In this document: positions 6,829 to 10,876 of the stretch, piece by piece
Layout of the letters: every line of letters starts with the position of its first letter
Position numbering within the stretch: the first letter of the stretch is position 1
Program-made: the position numbers and the translations under genes
The notes under the pieces: model-generated
Seen by the model: the letters and a program-made list of their open reading frames with translations, nothing else
What the model was told of the DNA's origin: nothing
Database searches by the model: none
Assembly: GCA_050178385.1 (NCBI GenBank)
Contig: JBFXGD010000023.1
Location: forward strand, 19,919 to 30,794
DNA: 10,876 nucleotides
Source: Calditrichaceae bacterium
Lineage (GTDB): Bacteria; Calditrichota; Calditrichia; Calditrichales; JBFXGD01
Direction of reading: 5' to 3'

Positions 6829-8298
6829 ATGAGAACAGAACAGGATGCTCTTGGTGAAATAGATATTCCTGACAAATCCTTTTATGGGATTCATTCGCAA
6901 AGAGCCAAAGAGAATTTTCCGGATCGGACCCCCTTTAATTTTTTATGGTATCGGGCTCTCGGTACCGTTAAACTGGCATGTTATAAAACTTATGAGAAAT
7001 TTATAAATGCTGCCCGGCAGAAATTTCCGGATAAAAATCTCCCTATAAAATGTATAGATGACTCCGTTTTAAAACAAATCATGATCAGTGCTGAAGAAAT
7101 ATCTTCCGGTAAATATTTTGAGCATTTTATTATTCCGGGTATTTCCGGGGGAGCGGGCACAAGCATCAACATGAACATCAATGAGATTATCGCTAATTCG
7201 GCTCTGGTAAGAATGCGTAAAAACCCGGGCGATTATGAATTTATCCACCCGATAGAGCATGCCAATATTTTTCAATCCACAAATGATGTCGTTCCGACCG
7301 CCCTGAAACTGGCCGTGATGGAATTACTGGGAATTTTGGAAAAAGAAATCAACGGATTGCGAAAGATCACTGAAAAACACGAAAAGAACTACCGCGAAAA
7401 TTTGCGTATTGCATTTACCCAGATGCAGGCGGCGGTTCCATCATCATACGGAAAACTCTTCAGCACATATAACAATGCGCTTTCACGGGACTGGTGGCGC
7501 GTTTCAAAGAGTTTTGAACGAATCAAAATTGTGAATCTTGGCGGTAGCGCTGTCGGAACTGGAATAACCGTTCCCAGATTTTTTATTTTCGAAGTGGTGC
7601 AGACATTGAAAGAATTGACAGGGCTGCCGGTGACCAGAAGTGAAAATCTGTCCGATACTACGGCTAATTTTGATTCATTCGTTGAAGTACACGCCATCCT
7701 TAAAGCAAATGCGGTGAACCTGGAAAAAATGGTTTCAGATCTCCGGTTGCTCTCATCGGATTTAATCTCTCAAAAAGAAATGAATATTCCCAAGAGCCAG
7801 GTAGGCAGTTCCATCATGCCCGGCAAAATTAACCCTGTTATTCCGGAATTTGTTATAAGCGCTTGTCATAAAATTTACGCGAATGATGTCCTTATCACTT
7901 CGCTGGCCGGTCAGGGATGCCTTGATCTGAATGCCTATCTGCCGGTGGTCGGAAACGCCTTGCTGGATAGTCTGCAATTGCTTGTTGATTGCAATAGCAC
8001 TGTAAGTCGGAATTTGATGACCGGTCTGGATATCAACACGAATCTGGCGGCTGAAAAATTATTGAAAAATCCTTCGGTCACGACGGCGCTCGTTCCATAT
8101 CTGGGATATAAAGACACGGAAAAACTGGCCGGAATAATGACGGAACATAATTGTGATATATTTGAAGCAAATGATCAATTACATCTAATAGATACGGATC
8201 AGTTAAGGATTTTAATGCAGCCGGATAATCTGTTAAAACTCGGATTTACCATTGATGAAATACCAGACAACCGGGATAAAAAGAATGATAATGAGTAA
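6829..8298 (+). CDS. aspA: Aspartate ammonia-lyase family protein (class II fumarase/aspartase superfamily), hyd-cluster associated
   Basis: MRTEQDALGE, YGIHSQRAKENF, GGAGTSINMNINE, QSTNDVVPTA, GGSAVGTG, signature GSSIMPGKINPVIPE. The GGAGTS form favours aspartase over FumC. Substrate not proven. Confidence 0.8.
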   Translation: MRTEQDALGEIDIPDKSFYGIHSQRAKENFPDRTPFNFLWYRALGTVKLACYKTYEKFINAARQKFPDKNLPIKCIDDSVLKQIMISAEEISSGKYFEHFIIPGISGGAGTSINMNINEIIANSALVRMRKNPGDYEFIHPIEHANIFQSTNDVVPTALKLAVMELLGILEKEINGLRKITEKHEKNYRENLRIAFTQMQAAVPSSYGKLFSTYNNALSRDWWRVSKSFERIKIVNLGGSAVGTGITVPRFFIFEVVQTLKELTGLPVTRSENLSDTTANFDSFVEVHAILKANAVNLEKMVSDLRLLSSDLISQKEMNIPKSQVGSSIMPGKINPVIPEFVISACHKIYANDVLITSLAGQGCLDLNAYLPVVGNALLDSLQLLVDCNSTVSRNLMTGLDINTNLAAEKLLKNPSVTTALVPYLGYKDTEKLAGIMTEHNCDIFEANDQLHLIDTDQLRILMQPDNLLKLGFTIDEIPDNRDKKNDNE

Positions 8299-8339
8299 CA
8301 GATTTTGCTAAACTAAACCGGTTGAATTTTGGAGCATCC

Positions 8340-9566
8340 ATGACAAAAGCAGAAAAACCGCATATCGGTATTTTTGGCCGGAGAAATATCGGCAAAAGTT
8401 CTTTTATCAATACCGTATCGGGACAAAATGTTTCGATTGTTGCCGATTATCCGGGCACGACGACCGATCCTGTAAATAAGGCAATGGAACTGACCGGAAT
8501 TGGCCCGGTTATCTTTATTGATACGGCGGGAATTGATGATGTGGGGGAAATGGGGCTAAAAAGGGTCGGGAGAACGCTCGATGTCATAAAAACTATAGAT
8601 ATGGCGATCCTGCTGGTCTCGGAAAATACCTATGAAAATCCCGAACGTCTGCTTGTTGAGAAGTTTGAAGAATACCGTGTGCCGTTCTTTGTCGTGCACA
8701 ATAAATCCGATCTCTTAAGATTGTCCGCTTTAACCAAAGAGATGATCGAAAAAGAGACTTTAACGGATATTGTTGAATTTAACGCTTCATGCCCTGATAA
8801 TATTGATGAGATTATTAGTTTCATAAAAAAACATGTTCCTGAATCCTCACTCGATCAGCCGAGTTTGGTGGGTGATCTGGTTTCATATGGTGATATCGTT
8901 CTTCTTGTGACTCCGATAGATGTGGAAGCGCCGAAGGGCAGACTCATCCTGCCTCAGGTTCAGACGATTCGCGATCTGCTTGATCATGACTGCATCACGA
9001 TTATAATGAAAGAGAGGGAACTGGAGGCGTTTTTCAGGGGGCATCCTGATCTGAAACCAAAATTAGTGATAACGGATAGTCAGGAATTTTTAAAGGCGGA
9101 CGCTTCAGTTCCGGCTGACATACCTCTTACAAGTTTCAGCATTCTTCTGGCCAGATATCGGGGCGCATTCAGGGAATATCTTGAGGGCACACCTTATATT
9201 TCCAGGCTGAAGGATAATGACAGGATATTAATACTTGAATCATGCAGTCATCATGTTGCCGGAGACGATATCGGAAGAGTGAAAATTCCAAGATGGATAA
9301 GCAATTTTACGGGAAAAAAGCTCTCATTTGATATTGTATCGGGACTCAGCAATGTGGAACGGGATATCCTTGAATACAGCATGGTTGTTCAGTGCGGCGG
9401 GTGCATGCTTACGAGAAAGCAGATTTATAACCGGTTAAAACCGGCGATTGACCTCGAAATCCCGGTCACCAATTACGGTATGGCGATCGCTTATTGTCTT
9501 GGAATTTATAATCGGGCTATCGAGCCGTTTTATAAAATGAACGACTCAGATCTGACCTATTTATAA
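8340..9566 (+). CDS. hydF: [FeFe]-hydrogenase H-cluster maturation GTPase HydF
   Basis: P-loop GRRNIGKSS, GTTTD, DTAG, NKSD, APKGRLILPQVQTIRDLLD, ITDSQ, TSFSILLAR, ESCSHH...DDIGRVKIP...QCGGC, TNYG. Start moved from TTG 8322 to ATG 8340 (GGAG at 8331-8334; 408 aa). Confidence 0.96.
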   Translation: MTKAEKPHIGIFGRRNIGKSSFINTVSGQNVSIVADYPGTTTDPVNKAMELTGIGPVIFIDTAGIDDVGEMGLKRVGRTLDVIKTIDMAILLVSENTYENPERLLVEKFEEYRVPFFVVHNKSDLLRLSALTKEMIEKETLTDIVEFNASCPDNIDEIISFIKKHVPESSLDQPSLVGDLVSYGDIVLLVTPIDVEAPKGRLILPQVQTIRDLLDHDCITIIMKERELEAFFRGHPDLKPKLVITDSQEFLKADASVPADIPLTSFSILLARYRGAFREYLEGTPYISRLKDNDRILILESCSHHVAGDDIGRVKIPRWISNFTGKKLSFDIVSGLSNVERDILEYSMVVQCGGCMLTRKQIYNRLKPAIDLEIPVTNYGMAIAYCLGIYNRAIEPFYKMNDSDLTYL

Positions 9567-9606
9567 TAAAATATCGGGGGGTGACATTTGGCGGATAATA
9601 ATAATT

Positions 9607-10665
9607 TTAAAAATGCGCCCTGTGACCAAGAGTTTTTGAAACAGGCCTTCCGGTCGAAATTGTCAAATTCTGAAAAAGTGTTTCCGCGTCCTTAACTCCA
9701 TCAATAAAGTTTTTCTTCGGATATATTTTATAAAGATGTTTCACTTCTATAGGGGTAATATCCAGCATAATTACATTGGCTCCGCAAAGAAGCGCGTTTT
9801 TCTGTCCGGTTGTCTCTTCTATCGTTGATAAAGATGTCGTTGCGGGAATGAGAGTATCCCTGGTCATAATCCGGTTTATCGCGGTGATTTTGTATGTAAA
9901 TTCCACCTCGGGCTGAACGTATTTTTGCCGGTTCGCGGTCGGTTTGATTTTTGGAGTATCGGGATTATGGATATACGGGCCACAGCCGATCATGTCCATA
10001 TCAAGATTTCTAAATAAGATGATATCATCGGCTATGCTTTCATAGGTTTGTCCGGGAAGTCCGATCATGATACCTGATCCTGTCTGATATCCTATTTCCT
10101 TGAGATTGATCAGAGACGCGATCCGGTTATGAAATTCCAAATCAGGATGAAGTTTCCTGTATAATTCCGGGTCAGAAGTTTCGTGTTTTAAAAGGTACCT
10201 ATCCGCGCCGTCTTCACGCCATTTTTTTAATGTCGAATAAGGGCGTTCGCCAAGGGAAAGGGTAAGGGCGACATTGAATTTAGATTTAATTCTCCTGATC
10301 AGTCCCGACACCATCTCATCAGTGTAGTAGGGATCTTCACCAGATTGCAATACAAACGTTTTATATCCCGCCTTTACTCCATCCGAGACGGTGGTAAAAA
10401 TCTGATTCGGTGTAAGGCGGTACCGCTGAATATTTGTGTTGTTTTTTCTTAATCCGCAATACAAGCAACTTCGCTTACAAAAGTTTGAAAAATTAATAAG
10501 ACCTCTGACATGAATTTCCTCTCCGCAATATCTGGCCCGAATCGTATTAGCCCGGTTATATAATTCTGTTATAATGTCAGGATCGTCCGTTTTTAGTAAA
10601 TCGATAATCTCTTTCCGATATAACTCAATTCTTTCTTGTGGATTTCCATCAAGAATATTCAGCAT
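9607..10665 (-). CDS. hydE: [FeFe]-hydrogenase H-cluster radical SAM maturase HydE
   Basis: RGLINFSNFCKRSCLYCGLR (CxxxCxxC), VLQSGED, TLSLGE, RYLLKHET, GSGIMIGLPGQT, GPYIHNPDTP, PATT, GANVIM, YKIYP. Adjacent to hydF. Confidence 0.92.
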   Translation of the reverse strand: MLNILDGNPQERIELYRKEIIDLLKTDDPDIITELYNRANTIRARYCGEEIHVRGLINFSNFCKRSCLYCGLRKNNTNIQRYRLTPNQIFTTVSDGVKAGYKTFVLQSGEDPYYTDEMVSGLIRRIKSKFNVALTLSLGERPYSTLKKWREDGADRYLLKHETSDPELYRKLHPDLEFHNRIASLINLKEIGYQTGSGIMIGLPGQTYESIADDIILFRNLDMDMIGCGPYIHNPDTPKIKPTANRQKYVQPEVEFTYKITAINRIMTRDTLIPATTSLSTIEETTGQKNALLCGANVIMLDITPIEVKHLYKIYPKKNFIDGVKDAETLFQNLTISTGRPVSKTLGHRAHF

Positions 10666-10743
10666 ATTACCAACTTTCTAAAGCCGGTCATTCTATTTAA
10701 TAATCTTAATGTTATATGCTTCATATACAACTCTCACATTGAA

Positions 10744-10778
10744 TTTTTCTTTTATCTTTTATCTTTTTTCTTTTATCT
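10744..10778 (-). repeat. Heptamer tandem repeat, 5 units AGA(A/T)AAA on the minus (sense) strand
   Basis: Plus strand reads TTTTTCT TTTATCT TTTATCT TTTTTCT TTTATCT. This is the same unit as at 147-174 and 490-517. Confidence 0.88.
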
Positions 10779-10808
10779 TATTTTCTCCGCATTCTTCCCA
10801 GTCCCAAT

Positions 10809-10876
10809 CTATAAAAACAAATCCCTCCGGCCATTATTGATTTCATTCAAATCATTGCGAACTCTTCTTTGCAGCC
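10809..10876 (-). CDS. hydG: Probable C-terminal end of the radical SAM maturase HydG (partial, runs off the right edge)
   Basis: Minus strand reads ...LQRRVRNDLNEINNGRRDLFL* (TAG = CTA at 10809-10811). This resembles the 'LxxIxxGxRD(L/F)xF' terminus of HydG and lies directly upstream of hydE. Only 21 codons are visible. Confidence 0.68.
   Translation of the reverse strand, partial: LQRRVRNDLNEINNGRRDLFL

Noticed and set aside
6990..8824. Minus-strand ORFs within aspA and hydF
   Set aside because: Short antisense shadows of conserved genes.
9607..10665. Biotin synthase BioB or PylB assignment
   Set aside because: HydE-type motifs (RYLLKHET, GPY/F..PDTP, PATT, GANVIM, YxIYP) and adjacency to hydF favour HydE.

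Overview
Bacterial genomic window with three parts. (1) An ABC-2 type (YbhFSR-like) export operon on the + strand: the 3' end of a first ATPase gene (<1..146, not in the ORF track), a second ATPase and two permeases. The two ATPase genes are separated by an unusual ~800-bp non-coding spacer made of hairpin modules (one duplicated almost exactly) alternating with cytosine-free, purine-rich heptamer tracts. (2) Three apparently unrelated genes: cyclopropane fatty acid synthase (cfa), a COG1237-like MBL-fold hydrolase and a small secreted orphan protein. (3) An [FeFe]-hydrogenase H-cluster maturation locus in two convergent units: a divergent aspartate ammonia-lyase-family gene plus hydF on +, and hydE plus the probable C-terminal tail of hydG (not in the ORF track) on -. 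The same AGA(A/T)AAA heptamer reappears on the sense strand between hydG and hydE. No hydA, transposase, CRISPR array or RNA gene was recognised. All calls come from motif reading by eye; no searches were run.
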